Shown in pieces: positions 23,059 through 35,490 of a stretch of DNA of 64,000 bases. The position numbers and the translations under genes are program-made. Positions within the stretch are counted from its first letter, which is position 1. Each line of letters starts with the position of its first letter. The notes beneath the pieces were generated by a model. It was not told the DNA's origin. It was given only the letters and a program-made list of their open reading frames with translations, and ran no database searches. The stretch covers positions 62,001 to 126,000 of the forward strand of contig JABANN010000009.1 of assembly GCA_013115125.1 (NCBI GenBank), read 5' to 3'. Origin of the DNA: Perkinsus olseni (taxonomy: Eukaryota).

Positions 23059-24105
23059 TGTGGTACATAAACACTTCAGTGGTAAATAGGTAAGTGTACG
23101 CACGTTTCGTGATCATGGTGTATTCGTGTTGTGTGTTCACAAAATGACTCTCACTGTGAACTCATTTGTTGCTTCTGTGACGCCCTGAGGGCGTCACCTT
23201 CTAATCACCTACCCAATCAGCGTGACCTATTCGAGAACTTGGTATTTATTTATTCGTATATAAAGGTATTTTTTGCCTAAACCCGAAAAACGCGATTTGG
23301 AAAAATGTCGGTGTTTATGGAATCGTATCGATTGATGTTACAATGCGATATGATGTTACCAACGGCTGAATATTCTCTGCCGAGGTTTGTCCGTGGCGGA
23401 TTCTGAAACTCGGTAAGGATTTCAGAATTATTTCTTACAAAGTCGTGTTCAGTAAGCTGCATCCAAAATAGGTTTTGAAGGTGTTCAGTATGCTTCAGAA
23501 TCAGTTCTCAAATCCTTTGCAGAATGGCTATTTCATCCCCAAAATTTACTGAACAGCGGGGTCATATTTACCGCGAGCCACGAACTTATATTTTTTATTC
23601 TCAGGTTGCCTCTGGTGCTCCTCCTCCCGGAGTTCTCGTGAACGTACCGAGTGGACGAGAGTGAAATTTTTCGGATGTCTTTTATCATTGCTATCAACAG
23701 TTTAAAGCCGTTCATTTTCAAGCACTAAGATATGTGGTGGAGTTTTGAATTTTGTGCCAACTCGGTCACGGAGCTCGACTCTTCCATCTGGGATCTCAGA
23801 ATCATCAGCGCTTCAGAGTGACTCCAGCGCGGCTGCTTATCAGAATAAGCTAAAGATTGGATCTCCTAGTATTGAGATTGAGGCGCGAGTTCGTGAACGG
23901 CAGGGATTCCTTCCCCGGGGAAGTCAGACGAACGTTTACCTTTCTCGTGGTTGAGGGGGATAGTGCGGAAGTTGAGGCTAGCGTCGAAATTTTTGTGTCA
24001 AGATAAAACTTCGACTTCTCAAGAGGAATTGTCTATCACCATTGGCCTTTTCTCGGCTGTTGCTTTGACCGTCTGATCGCAAAGGAACAGAAGGTATCTT
24101 TCTGT

Positions 24106-27100
24106 ATGGCTGCAAGCTCCAGTACGGCCGCCGTTGATGACAGCGTCCGGGTGCCTCTCACAGTAGCCAATGGTGGTACGGCAGCAGAAAGTTCACCGCG
24201 GATAAAATACGCCGTTGTTGCGAGAGGTGAATGCTCGGGCCGGCTATGTCAAAACGGCCACTGTTGCGTTTCAGATAAGACTGTCCTTTGCGAATACGCC
24301 TTTGTTGGTGGCAACTTCACGAGTGTCGCCAGGGTGAGCAGCCGGGGTTTGTTTGCGAATTCAGGGAATTTTTTTTGGTGACATGTGACGTCGTTGTGAC
24401 GAGAAGAGAATTAAAGTGAGAAATTCTTACTTTCTGTCAACAATCAAGTTTTCTCACATGATAATCACTAGCGATCTCAGACGTTACCAAAAACTCTCTT
24501 GGTTAAACCTTTTGTTCACTTTCAATAATTATTGCGAAGGATCATTGGCTGCTGAAAGTTTGTCTTTGTCGTTGAACGACGAGAAAGGCAACACTCTCGC
24601 TGTTGGAATATCTATCCTGCTTCCCAGCTAGGCGAGTTGTTGGTTACGGTCTGATCATTTCCAGCGGTTATGAAAAGCGGTGCAAAGAAGCGAAGAGTTA
24701 GTGCAAAAAAGGTATACAAAGCGTTTACTTTTTTCCCAATTTGCAGTAAAATTTGAGTTCTCAGCCCCGTTGCTATGAGAGACCCAACTCTGAATCTAAG
24801 CTCATTAGTGTCATCCATGACGAGGCAAGATACCGTTATGGTCGGTACTTTATTTCTCTGACTCAGGTGCTCCTGGCGAAAATAAGTCCGATGGCGTCCG
24901 GAGTCTCAGGTGAGGTTAGGAAGAGCTACGTTTATGATGGGTAAGCAGGAAACGTGAGCGTATCTTTCTGTTCATGTCAAGTTGACTTGAGCCCTAAGAT
25001 ACTCCGTGGTGATACCTCGAATACAGTGTCACCATCTGACTGTGGTGATACCTCGAATACAGTGTCACCATCTGACTGTGGTGATACCTCGAATACAGTG
25101 TCACCATCTGACTGTGGTGATACCTCGAATACAGTGTCACCATCTGACTGTGGTGATACCTCGAATACAGTGTCACCATCTGACTGTGGTGATACCTCGA
25201 ATACATTGTNNNNNNNNNNNNNNNNNNNNNNNNNNNNNNNNNNNNNNNNNNNNNNNNNNNNNNNNNNNNNNNNNNNNNNNNNNNNNNNNNNNNNNNNNNN
25301 NNNNNNNNCAGTGTCACCATCTGACTGTGGTGATACCTCGAATACAGTGTCACCATCTGACTGTGGTGATACCTCGAATACATTGTCACCATCTGACTGT
25401 GGTGATACCTCGAATACATTGTCACCATCTGACTGTGGTGATACCTCGAATACGTTGTCACCATCTGACTGTGGTGATACCTCGAATACATTGTCACCAT
25501 CTGACTGTGTGGTGTTACGCTTGACTTTGTCAACAATCAATCCTGTGCTAGCAGTTACACATTCCACTATCATTCGCTGTTGACCTCCAGCGTACCAGGG
25601 AATAATCAACCTCCGTGTCGCATAACCTTTTTGTGCATGGCGGACGAGCAGATGGGCAGGTAACTTCTTATTTCTCGAAGGGCGCTAAATTCGTCTGATC
25701 TGATTGGATTTTTTTCGACAGTGAGTGATATTGCATGCAGAGATCGGACTGAGTACGAAAACATCTTATTGGATATCCGATTCGATGTTAAATATCATAT
25801 TTAGCGATGAATTCCCAGAGGATACGTTCCACCGTCCGCAGTCACCATGTTACTTGGGCCTCTGAGGGCGTGGAAATCAAAAATTATCGCACTTCCGTCT
25901 TGCGCGCTTTTTTCGAGCCCACGCTGTACCAGGAGGGTATGAGATGGTCTGCTCTGTTCCTTCCGCTCGCTCGGGTAGCTTAGTAACGCAACACAGAGCT
26001 CATCGTTAAGTTGTTACCACATCGGCACCAAGTCCTACTATGCCGGCGACGGCGTTGGGCTTTAAACTGACACACACACGTTTAGCATAGCGTTCGCGCC
26101 CGGCATGGCGGTGCTCCTCAGGCAGCGGCCCTTCGAGTTTCTCGAGGATTTGAAGAATAAATTTGAAGAAAAGTGAGCAGCTTCAGCACCCCTTTTGCCG
26201 ACGGCCTGCGATTTCGTAGGTATGACTATGCTATAGTGCGAGCGGCGACGCCTCTGCAGTTCAACGGAGAGATGCAGCAGCCTGTGCTTGCGAGGTTGAT
26301 GGAGTTTCACAACTCGCCTGAGGTAACTGTCGATGGCGATGGTCGCCCGACTCGAGTTTGTCCTCCACCAATGGGAATCGGTCACGCCGAGTCCGGGTTA
26401 CGGACTCGCCTAACGCGTGGAAAACGGGATGCATAGTCTGATTTTTAACTTGTCTAATTAGGTTCGACGATGAAGTTCAAACCCGCCCACTTTCACGCTG
26501 CTCCTCAGGAATTTCCTCCTCCAATGCGACGAATAGGGACACCTCGTCAATTTAGAGACGGCGGTGTCCCTCGACCTTAAATGTCCCCACGTCTTTTGCT
26601 CATACTGTGAACGCATAGCTATGTAGATACTCACGACTGAAAAGTTTCAGTGAAAACGTCTAGACAATAACGTACTACCGAACGAGATTACTCCGTATCC
26701 TCGGTAGTACTTATTGTTTTCGTATCATATCGTCACTCAAACAGTAACAACCTTCCGGAGAGATCCTGCGCTCTCGTAAATCCGTCTTCCGGCTATGAGA
26801 GCAACGAGTAAGGTTCTACTCGCAGCCTCATGATTTGTACCCCTCAGCTAAACAGTTAACACCGACGGGCATTATGTCCGGGACATATTGTCATGTGCGT
26901 CAACTGATGCTGTAGAGCTTCTGAGAAGACCTGGGTTAGGTCTGTCGTTCTTCCTTGAAAGCTTGACAACCTTCACAAGTACTTGTGATATTACCAAACC
27001 GTATTACTCGTTAGGTGTCAACACAGCCGTCCCGTCCCAACTCAAGGAGCTTCTTGACAAACTCACGGTAGCGAACTGTGTTCAACCAGTACCTAATCCT

Positions 27101-28395
27101 ACGTATGCCGACACTCCCTACTGCGACAACGCCGAAACTACTGGTATCGCTTGTGAAGGTATTCTCAAAGCCATCATCGAGATGTTCTGCAATGATGACA
27201 AGTTATTTGCATCACAAGAAGTTCTTGTTCTTGAAGAACTGTGCGACCAAAGCTTCGTTATGTGTAACTTGTCATTCGAGCTTCTCAGGCTCTAAGGTTT
27301 TTCGTCATTACCAGCTAGCGTAGCGGAAAAATGTGCTACGCACTTGCTCGATTGACGAACTCTTTCAACATTTCCGTCAAAGTTCTGTCAACTCTGCGCA
27401 CTTGTACTCATCGTCCCCGGTTAAGAACGACAAAGCTAAGCAGAAGTCATCAGCACTATCTCGTCTCGAGAAAGTGTTCGTACTCAAGTAGTGCTCGACT
27501 TGTCCCAAGTTCTGTTGAGTTTTCCTTCTAAAACTGACGCGTGTATACTAATGACATTCCAGGATTTCCTTTGGCGCAAAATTGACTCTCACTGTGAAGG
27601 TTTCACAGCAAATTTCATGGAGTAAATTGTTTTTATATCTTGTGACCAGACTATCGGTCCAAAAAAAAACACTTTCTCATGGTAACACCAATGGTGTAAC
27701 ACCATCACCGCTCTTTTCAATTTAGCGTCAAGCACGACGCCTAACAGAGGTCAACTCAGACCTGCCTCCTCCACGAGGCAGTACAGTAGTCTTAGTCGAC
27801 CAGAAACCATTTTTTCAGAATTTGACTAAGAAAAATGCACGCTCCTTATTTCATTGGTCCAACCGTGATAAGTTTGCTAGACTGCTCTCGCAAGTTACCA
27901 ACTGAGCGTTTCAGGCGGATACAATTACCAGAGTGAGAGCGCAGATCGGGAACATCCACGAGAACATGGTTGAGAACATCGACAACATCATCAAACGACA
28001 GGTCCGTCTCACGAAGGCCCGGGTGGGAGTGCTCAATTTTCAGGAAAAAATCGAGCTGCTTGTTGAGAAGACTGACGATCTCAACCGCACCGCTACCGTC
28101 TTTCGCAGAGAGGTGAGCGTGGGCGCTTTGTCCGGTTACTTGGTGTGTTCTTGCCGGGAGGCGGCTCAGTTAAGCAAGCACCGAGTAGTGGCGCTTTTCA
28201 GGCAGCCGACCTCCGTCGTCAATTGTGGTGGAGACAGAAGAAGATGCAAATTTTTCTCTGCTGTTGCGTGCTGGTGAGAAGCTTATTTAGACGGCTTTTT
28301 GCCTTTGGCTTTTTTCCCAGTTGGTAATTCTCCTAGCCGGGATGTTCATCTGCGGCCCTACGTTCAAGGCATGTCGGGCGTCCTCGCTTCTATGA
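24106..28395 (+). CDS. VAMP7: VAMP7-family longin R-SNARE (spliced)
   Basis: Longin exons IKYAVVAR / KTVLCEYAFVGGNF / RKSYVYDG / YTFHY...ITFLCMADEQMG / RQRPFEFLEDLKNKF; SNARE motif VRAQIGNIHENMVENIDNIIKRQ/EKIELLVEKTDDL; LRRQLWW followed by a C-terminal TM. Confidence 0.95.
25006..25508. repeat. 36-bp tandem minisatellite in a VAMP7 intron, collapsed around an assembly gap
   Basis: Unit GTGGTGATACCTCGAATACAGTGTCACCATCTGACT, about 11 visible units on both sides of the N-run. Confidence 0.97.
25210..25308. other. assembly gap (N run)
   Basis: 99 consecutive n. Confidence 1.
26856..27295 (+). CDS. candidate nested gene/exon inside a VAMP7 intron, Cys-spaced helical protein
   Basis: Open frame NTDGHYVRDILSCASTDAVELL...CDQSFVMCNLSFELLRL* after a cag acceptor, with an upstream gtaagg donor (~26808); lies within the 1.6-kb intron 26323-27914. 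Confidence 0.45.
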
Positions 28396-29013
28396 TGATA
28401 ATTGGCAAATTTGTTGTGAATTTTTTCGACGCTTGTTTCACGAACTCTGTTGTTGTGCTCTCTCCTGCAAGTGTTGGACATTATTTTGCGGAGACATGGG
28501 ACGCGAAGCACAAGATTAGACAGTACGCATTAGAACTTCGATGATAGGGAACCTGAGAGGCAGAGAGCAACGAGGAAAGGTCTTGCTACCAGCGGCATTG
28601 CTGTTGAAAGAGAGGGCATCTTTGAAGCACTCAAGCTAGCGACCGCGCTGCTCTTTACTGAGTGAAGCGAGCGCGTTGCAACTTACGCTGTGTGAACCAA
28701 TTCGTTAAATATTGAAAATAGCCCGGAAGTGAGAAGTTCATATTAACGTTAGAGTGCTTATGTATTTTAAAGAAAGGAACACAATGATATATCGATCGAC
28801 CGTTTCACCGACCGTTTCATTGTTGTACTATAATATTATTCATATAGCGTAATCTATAACTTCAAGGAATCCAGCATGATCTTATTTATTTTCCATTATA
28901 TCTTTTATACAGTATTTTACTTGTGATATTTTTTCATATTCTTTAGCTCACCTTCACCTTATCGTGCATTCGGAATGCCTTATCGCGCATGTAACATACA
29001 GGAATGTAGCATT

Positions 29014-29035
29014 CCTGTATCATACAGGCTGTATG
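29014..29035. mobile_element. putative excision footprint, site CCTGTATG
   Basis: C-CTGTAT-C-ATACAG-G-CTGTAT-G, perfect, within one arm of an older palindrome. Confidence 0.8.
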
Positions 29036-29099
29036 TTACATAATTAGGTTTGCCTAATTTGTTCACCCACCTTCAGTGTCTGTAAAAGTCGCCAAACAC

Positions 29100-32000
29100 A
29101 TGTCAACTGTCGCGGCTGCGGCGAGAGAGCTCCTGTACAAGTGTCGTGGCTGTGTGAAGTCCCGTGCCCCCCTCTTCCTAGTGGTGGCCGGACTGGCGTC
29201 GGTCTTTGCTGTGAAAGCTGTCAGATTTGCACTGCGGACGAAAGTCGACCTTCGCGCTCGGTTCGGCGGACCGATGCAAGTGGGTCTGGCGGTCACTTTC
29301 TAGTGTCGTCAATATTCTCCTTGACAGTTCAACTCTGTTCTGGGATTTCTACCGAGATCGCTTGATCAACTTTACAACGGTTTAGAGATCTTGGCTGATT
29401 CGTACGGCGGCGCCTATTTTATTAAGTAAGCCATCACGTACCTACTTTTCGTTTATTCTCGGTACTGTTCCTGAAACATCGTGTTGTAACGCATTAACCA
29501 GACCATTTTGACATGTCTTCACAGCGCTGGCTAGAAGCGTCCTAGCGAGTGGCCCTGATGCTGGCGACCGGGCGGAGTTCCGAGTTTCACTTTCATACGA
29601 TTTTGGAATTGTTATCGAGTTTTCATCCCGTTATTCACTCGCCTTTTGTTGAACATAAATGCTGGAAGCTTCCTCGGCATACAGTGTGGCTGTTACTGTG
29701 TATCGATCAAAGCCTCTTGGTATCGTTCAATTTTCATACGGTACTGGAATTGAGACCCTTTGATTGAGGATGAGAACTACTCCGTTTATTAGCGGTTTCC
29801 AGTGCGTGTGACTTTGTAGTCCAACACCAGTTACGGCCAGTTCAGTTAGAATCTTGCAGATGCGGACCGTTAGAGACTCTCTGTAGCGTTGGAATGCATT
29901 GCAATTCGTGTTTCCCTCAGGACCACCGGCATCGGCATGGCGGTCGTGTCCACCCCCGAGCTGGTTCGCCAAGTGCTCGGAGAACGTCCCAACGTTTATA
30001 TCAGATCGTTCAACAAGGACAAGATAATACCGATTCCTGGGATGTTCACTACCGAAGGCGAAGAGTGGAGACGCAACAGGCGACTGGCTGCCCCCGCGTT
30101 CAACGAAAAAAACACAGCGGCGATGGTACCATCTATGGCGAAAGTTGTAGAAAAGTTGGTATGACAAGCTGTGTTGGTCATCGAGCATCTTGATGAATCC
30201 GTTCAGATTCGGCGACTGGATGCCCTCGCTCAAGGCCCGGACGATCGCGTCGTCTGGAGCCCCACCCAGCTGTTGCCTCTGTGCACTCTGGACGTCCTGT
30301 GTGTCACCACCTTCGGGAAGGACTACCATTTTCTTCATTCTGACGGTTACTCGTGATGGGATGGTTCTGTCATCCGCTTTAGACGTTTGCCTTTTCCCCT
30401 CGGGAATCTTTCTCTGGTAACGAACCATTCACCTCGAGATGCAGGTCATTTACGTCCCCATGTCCCGTTCCACCACTAACGGAATCTTTTTTCGTCGCTT
30501 GCACAGAATAAGGAATTCATCCGAAATGAGTAGAGCCCGTAAACCACGGAGATGTTCAGTAAACTGATTCTGGAATCACAAACGTGTAAGACGTCAGTTC
30601 CTGAGTCGATTTTGAGGTCATTTCCGAGAGACGGGAGTTCCGCTCCGCTCCGTCCAGCAGTTCCTCGCGTGCAGTTGTAATCGGATGCTCTCTATTGTCA
30701 GATGCTTCCCTCACTCACCGCACCCGTGAGGTTCAGCAAGCTATGACTGACACATTGTACGGCTCGGGTTACGCCATACAGCCAGCCGCCTTTTCCTGGG
30801 CGACCAAGGACAGATTCCCGTGGAACCTAAACCCCATGATCAAAAAGGTGAACATGGTGGGATGAAATAGCGGTCACGTACAGGGTTCGAAGCGGTTGAG
30901 CGATACATGATTGAATTCTTCTCGTCAAACTACATGAGCAGTTTAACTCCGGTATTTAGTAACTCTGTGCTTACGGAGAGCCCTCAATTCTGCGATTTGC
31001 GTAACGAATTGTTTCACCTTGTAGTTGCACACTGGGGTGAGAAGACTGACGAAGATCTCCGACGACGTTATAGCTGAGCGGCGAGAACGGCGCGAAACAG
31101 GAGACGGGGAACGGCATGATCTGTTGGACAAGCTGCTGCATCTGGACCAGGACGATCTGCGAGGACATCTCATGACGTGAGTTCCACCTTGACAGATGTT
31201 GTTGTGATTATACTGTAGTCCGGTGCCTGCGTTCCGTTTCCCTCAACGCTGTCTGTTCTTCGACTAGATGTCGAGAAGTGTAACGTCCGAGATGGGCTGG
31301 AAGTAGCGTGCAGGTTCCTAATCGCCGGCAGCGAGACCACTGCAATGACGGTGGCATGGTGTTTGTATTACTTCTGTCTTTATCCGGATATCCAAGACAA
31401 GGCCAGGGCCGAGGTAGATCAGCTCGGCCACGACCCGCAGACGATAGAAGACCTCGAAAGGCTCTCGTTCATCGAGTGCTGTATTCTTGAGACTTTAAGG
31501 GTGAGCGGTTACTCTGCGCTGAGCGCGGTAGTTCCGGGTACCTCCAGGTTCAACCTGTCGCGGGTTTGCTGCCTCACGAGTGTGTAGAGACCACCGCGCT
31601 TGACGGAAAGGAGATTCAACCGGGCACCGTGGTCGTCGTGATGTTGCGCAAGGCTATGACTGCTCTCTCTGAGGGAGGCACACAGTTCAAGTAAGGAGAC
31701 CTTCTGGTTTCACAGCCGCATCCTCGTGCCACGGGGTATTGTCCTACAAGGGGTCTACACCCTGTAAAATCGAGTGAGTTACGACTTCTAGTGGGCAGCA
31801 ATCGAGAGCTCTCATCGCGAACTGAGGGATGGTGTACTTGGCTGAAACCCCATTCTCTTCACCCTAATGATAAATCCGTTCAACCGCTGAAAATTCCCCA
31901 AAATCGCTAAATAGTGAGGGGTGGTCCCTTTGTAAGTGTTCACGATGTAGTTGTGTGTGTGACTTTTAAGCAGACAAGACGGCCTAGTTGGACCAGCTCG

Positions 32001-32411
32001 GACGTACCTTGATGTGGGGGATCAGTTCAGCGAATTTAATAGCCTCTGTTCGTCAAGCCAAGGAATGTTGCTTTCAGAGCAGCCAGGATACGTCCTTTCC
32101 TCCCGGCAGAATCCGCTTCCAGCGCTGTAATAATCTGTCTCGATCTTCTCAGACCAGAGCGGTGGTTGGGTCGTGACGGTTCTGGAGTTGATCGGCTGCG
32201 TGCTCGTGACCATCTTGGCTTCGGTGGAGGAGCTCGGCAATGCCCCAGCCAGAGCATGGCGTTGAAGGAAGGCACGATTTTACTACCGACGATCCTCAGG
32301 CATTTCGACCGTATACGACACAGTTCCGATGTCTCCATTGTGCGTCGAAAAAGCAAGATCACTCACGAGCCTGAGAATCTTGAGCTAGTCATGCAGCGTC
32401 GATTCACTTAG
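29100..32411 (+). CDS. cytochrome P450 (spliced)
   Basis: N-terminal anchor, WRRNRRLAAPAF (C-helix), FLIAGSETT (I-helix), ETLR (K-helix), PERW, heme motif FGGGARQCPS. Confidence 0.95.
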
Positions 32412-32983
32412 CTGCACTTTTTCTGTTCTTATTGCAACTGTGAGATCGAGCATGCCTCTAGTCCTGTGATACGGGGTTGCGTGATTGTGGCTTTGGACAG
32501 AGGAATTCTAACGACATCAAGCCTGCAGCCCGAAGGGTTCAAACAACGCTGGTCGTCAGAAGCACGAGCCAAACATATTCGCAACGGAGTGCGTGTGAGC
32601 TCGTACTCTGACGGCGTTAATAACAAGTGGTTGGCAGATAGTTTGTTAGAAGGGCATCCCTCGCTATTGTTCAGACTTGGAAACTCTCAGAGTGCAAAGA
32701 GAGTCGGGAGAGAGCTGGTGCTGTCACAGCATTGCTGTGTGTGAGTTTGAAGTCCAACGGCGACAGTACGGCTTAGTTAGGCTAGCAGCACCGACGTACC
32801 TTTCTGAGGGGGATAAGTTCAACCTGTTGGATAGGCTCTGTTTATCAAGCCAAAGGACGTTGCTCTCAGAGCGAGGTCATCGTCAGCTGGGAGCCGATGC
32901 TGATGTCGAATATCCTGAACCGAACCGGTTGATTCTGTTCCACCTCGCACTCATCCATTTCAACGCAAATGCAGCGTAGTCGT

Positions 32984-33872
32984 TCAAGTGGGAGTTGAAT
33001 CCTTGCACATCTTCAACATGATCATGAACTCACGCCGAGTAACTTTCTCTCGACCGTCGAGGGCATTCCTCATGATAGCCGTAGCATCCGTGAGCGTCAC
33101 TCCAGTCTCGCCCTGCCGAGGAGGTCACAACGAGCCGAAGGAAAAGCCGTCCCTCACCGATTCGGCCATGACTCGGGCGAAATCTCTGCTGTCGATGTAG
33201 CCCTTGTTTTCCCGATCGAAGGTCTTGAAAGCTTCGGCCATCTGTTCCTCAACGGTGGTTTCTCGCATGTTTCTTACCTGGGAGGATCACGAGCATTCCC
33301 TCTGCCAGAGCGTTTCCCTCTTGAAACAAGATACACCGGCGTTAGTCTGACTAAATCGGTTCTTAACGTTGGTATATTATTATTATTTCATTCATAACTA
33401 TTGAGTGTCCTCTAACTATTTGATATCTATATAAATTATTAATGAATATAGATAATAAATACCAAGATTAACTTAGTATATTATCTGGACTCAAAACTCG
33501 CGCGCGCGTGCAATTCCGGGAGGGCCGAAGTGTGGCATACCAGCGCACTGATCATCTCCTCGAATTCTATTTCGCCCGATCCATCTTCATCAACCTCTTT
33601 GAGTAAAAGCGATACTTCTTGCTCAGTCAACCGGAGACCGAGCGTCTTCATCATCATCTGAAAACGTTTTGTGATTCACACGCTTCAACCTAAGATACTC
33701 TACGGCACAGCACGGACCAGCTGGAGCAAATCGTTCCGAGCAAGCGTACTTTAAAATCCTCGGGCCCGATCGATCCATCTCGATCCTTGTCGAATATATT
33801 GAATGCTTCGCGAAACTCAGCAATCTGCTTGCCAGAAAGCTGGCTGCGAAGGTCGAAGGTGGCGCGAGACAT
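32984..33872 (-). CDS. calmodulin-like EF-hand protein (spliced)
   Basis: QIAEFREAFNIFDKDRDGSIG / MMMKTLGLRLTEQEVSLLLKEVDEDGSGEIEFEEM / EEQMAEAFKTFDRENKGYID / ...REFMIMLKMCKDSTPT*; EF2 canonical, EF3 and EF4 degenerate. Confidence 0.92.
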
Positions 33873-34349
33873 GACGAAAGATAATCTCCAGCGTAACCCA
33901 GAATGCTCGAGTAAGTGTGCGTTTACAGTCCGATACCGTTACCGACTCAGTTGGACATTCGCCGACGTGCTCACTCTTCACGCGCGCGTTTATCTGATGG
34001 TTCATCAGAAGGCTTCCCCCAAGGTTTCGTTCAAACTCAGAAGCTCCCAAAATTATCGAGTTAACATCAAAGTTGGTGACACCGGGTTGTCTATTTTCAT
34101 GAAGTATAGAAGCCGCCAAGGACGTTCCGACAGAAGCCAGCGTTGGTGTTCTTCGAGTGATGATCGCCTTCGATAACACCGTGGATGGTGTCCGCCTTGT
34201 GTCTAGCTAGCACGGGGATGGGCGGAAAGAGGCTTACTGAGGCCCTGTGAAGGAAGGCCTGACAATTAGACAAGACGGCGTTCAGTGGATCTCGCCTGAG
34301 TGCAAGAGCACTTCCAAAATTTGCTTTGGCGAGTCAACAGGATACTAGC

Positions 34350-35490
34350 ATGTTCTTATATGTCATCAGTAAGCCTAACGTGTGGCCTTTGAAAGCCTAT
34401 CTTCTCCTCTTCTACCCTGACCTTATGAACTCTACCGAAGCCTTTGCGGTGGGTTGGAGTCCCCTGGCCGCAAGACAGCCACGAAGAAAACAGAGAAAGG
34501 GACGTTCAAAGAATCTCCTATGTGTTACAAGAGCGCTCCCAGGGTTTAACTTTGGTGAGAAAGCCACCCTGGGAGTCATATTGAAGCTCGGGAGAGATCT
34601 ATTGACCACCTATACCGTCCAGGCTCGTCTAGGCTAGAAGAATTTTGATGAGCATCACCCACGCCAAGAATAAAACTGACCGACAAGCGTCTATTCGTTC
34701 TTTGCGGACTCAGACTAATAATATTGCTTATAAAAGACTGGACGTGTTAGTGAAGTCAATGCATCTGTTGTGAGTTTCAAAACTTCTCCCAGGATGGAAG
34801 TTGACCAGCGAACAACAGTTCGCAAGCGGGAGAGATGATTCACCTCAGGTGAAGGTTGAAGAACTTCTAAAGTTCCTTTGCATCGCCTGTGACCGGAAGG
34901 AAACTTCAGATTCAGATCCACTTTATGATAATATTTATGACACCAAACTTTTCAAAAGACGGGTTTCCCGCGTTCGGCGGTTAGCGAGCTACCTCAGATC
35001 GCCAAGTCCTGAGAAGGCGAGGAGGGTCGTTGTTCATCTTAGGTTGATAGTAGCGACGTTCAGCGTGAGTTAGAGGCGCCCTGTGGAGGCGAGTGGCCGA
35101 GAGGGTCCTGAGCAGGACAAAGTTGGGGGAAATGTGGTATTGAGGAGAAGCCTCACCTTCGCAGTATTTCTGCTTTCTGCCTGGTTGGACGATTGTAAGA
35201 CAGAGACGAGCAAGTCATTTGGAAGATAACACAAAGCCTGCAAAGCGGGACCGGAGCACCTGCCAGCATCAGGACGCCGAAACTTCTCTCAGGTACAGCC
35301 CAAGCGACCAGCGGAACCAACGGCCGCCTCAGACCTGGCCGATCGGAAACTAAGTCCTTGGCTTCTACGTACAGGGCGTGCCGTTGTGAGGAGACTCCTA
35401 GTTGTTTCACACTGTGAGACTGGTCGAATGGCAGCAGATATCAGTGAAAGGCGGACAGCGGACGACGAGAAAACGCGGAGAAAATGAGTG
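34350..35490 (+). CDS. hypothetical spliced protein
   Basis: Exon-like frames KPNVWPLKAYLLLFYPDLMNSTEAFA and WKLTSEQQF...VEELLKFLCIACDRK...LASYLRSPSPEK; boundaries unresolved. Confidence 0.35.

Noticed and set aside
25006-25508. CRISPR array (36-bp palindromic repeat)
   Set aside because: Units are head-to-tail with no unique spacers, lie in a spliceosomal intron of a eukaryotic gene, and no cas genes are present
24954-25609. 170-210 aa ORFs across the repeat
   Set aside because: Artefacts of a stop-free 36-bp unit plus Ns; the region is intronic between consecutive VAMP7 longin exons
25555-25660. Suspected frameshift in the VAMP7 longin exon
   Set aside because: Recounting shows YTFHYHSLLTSSVPGNNQPPCRITFLCMADEQMG is in one frame; it is simply an extended loop
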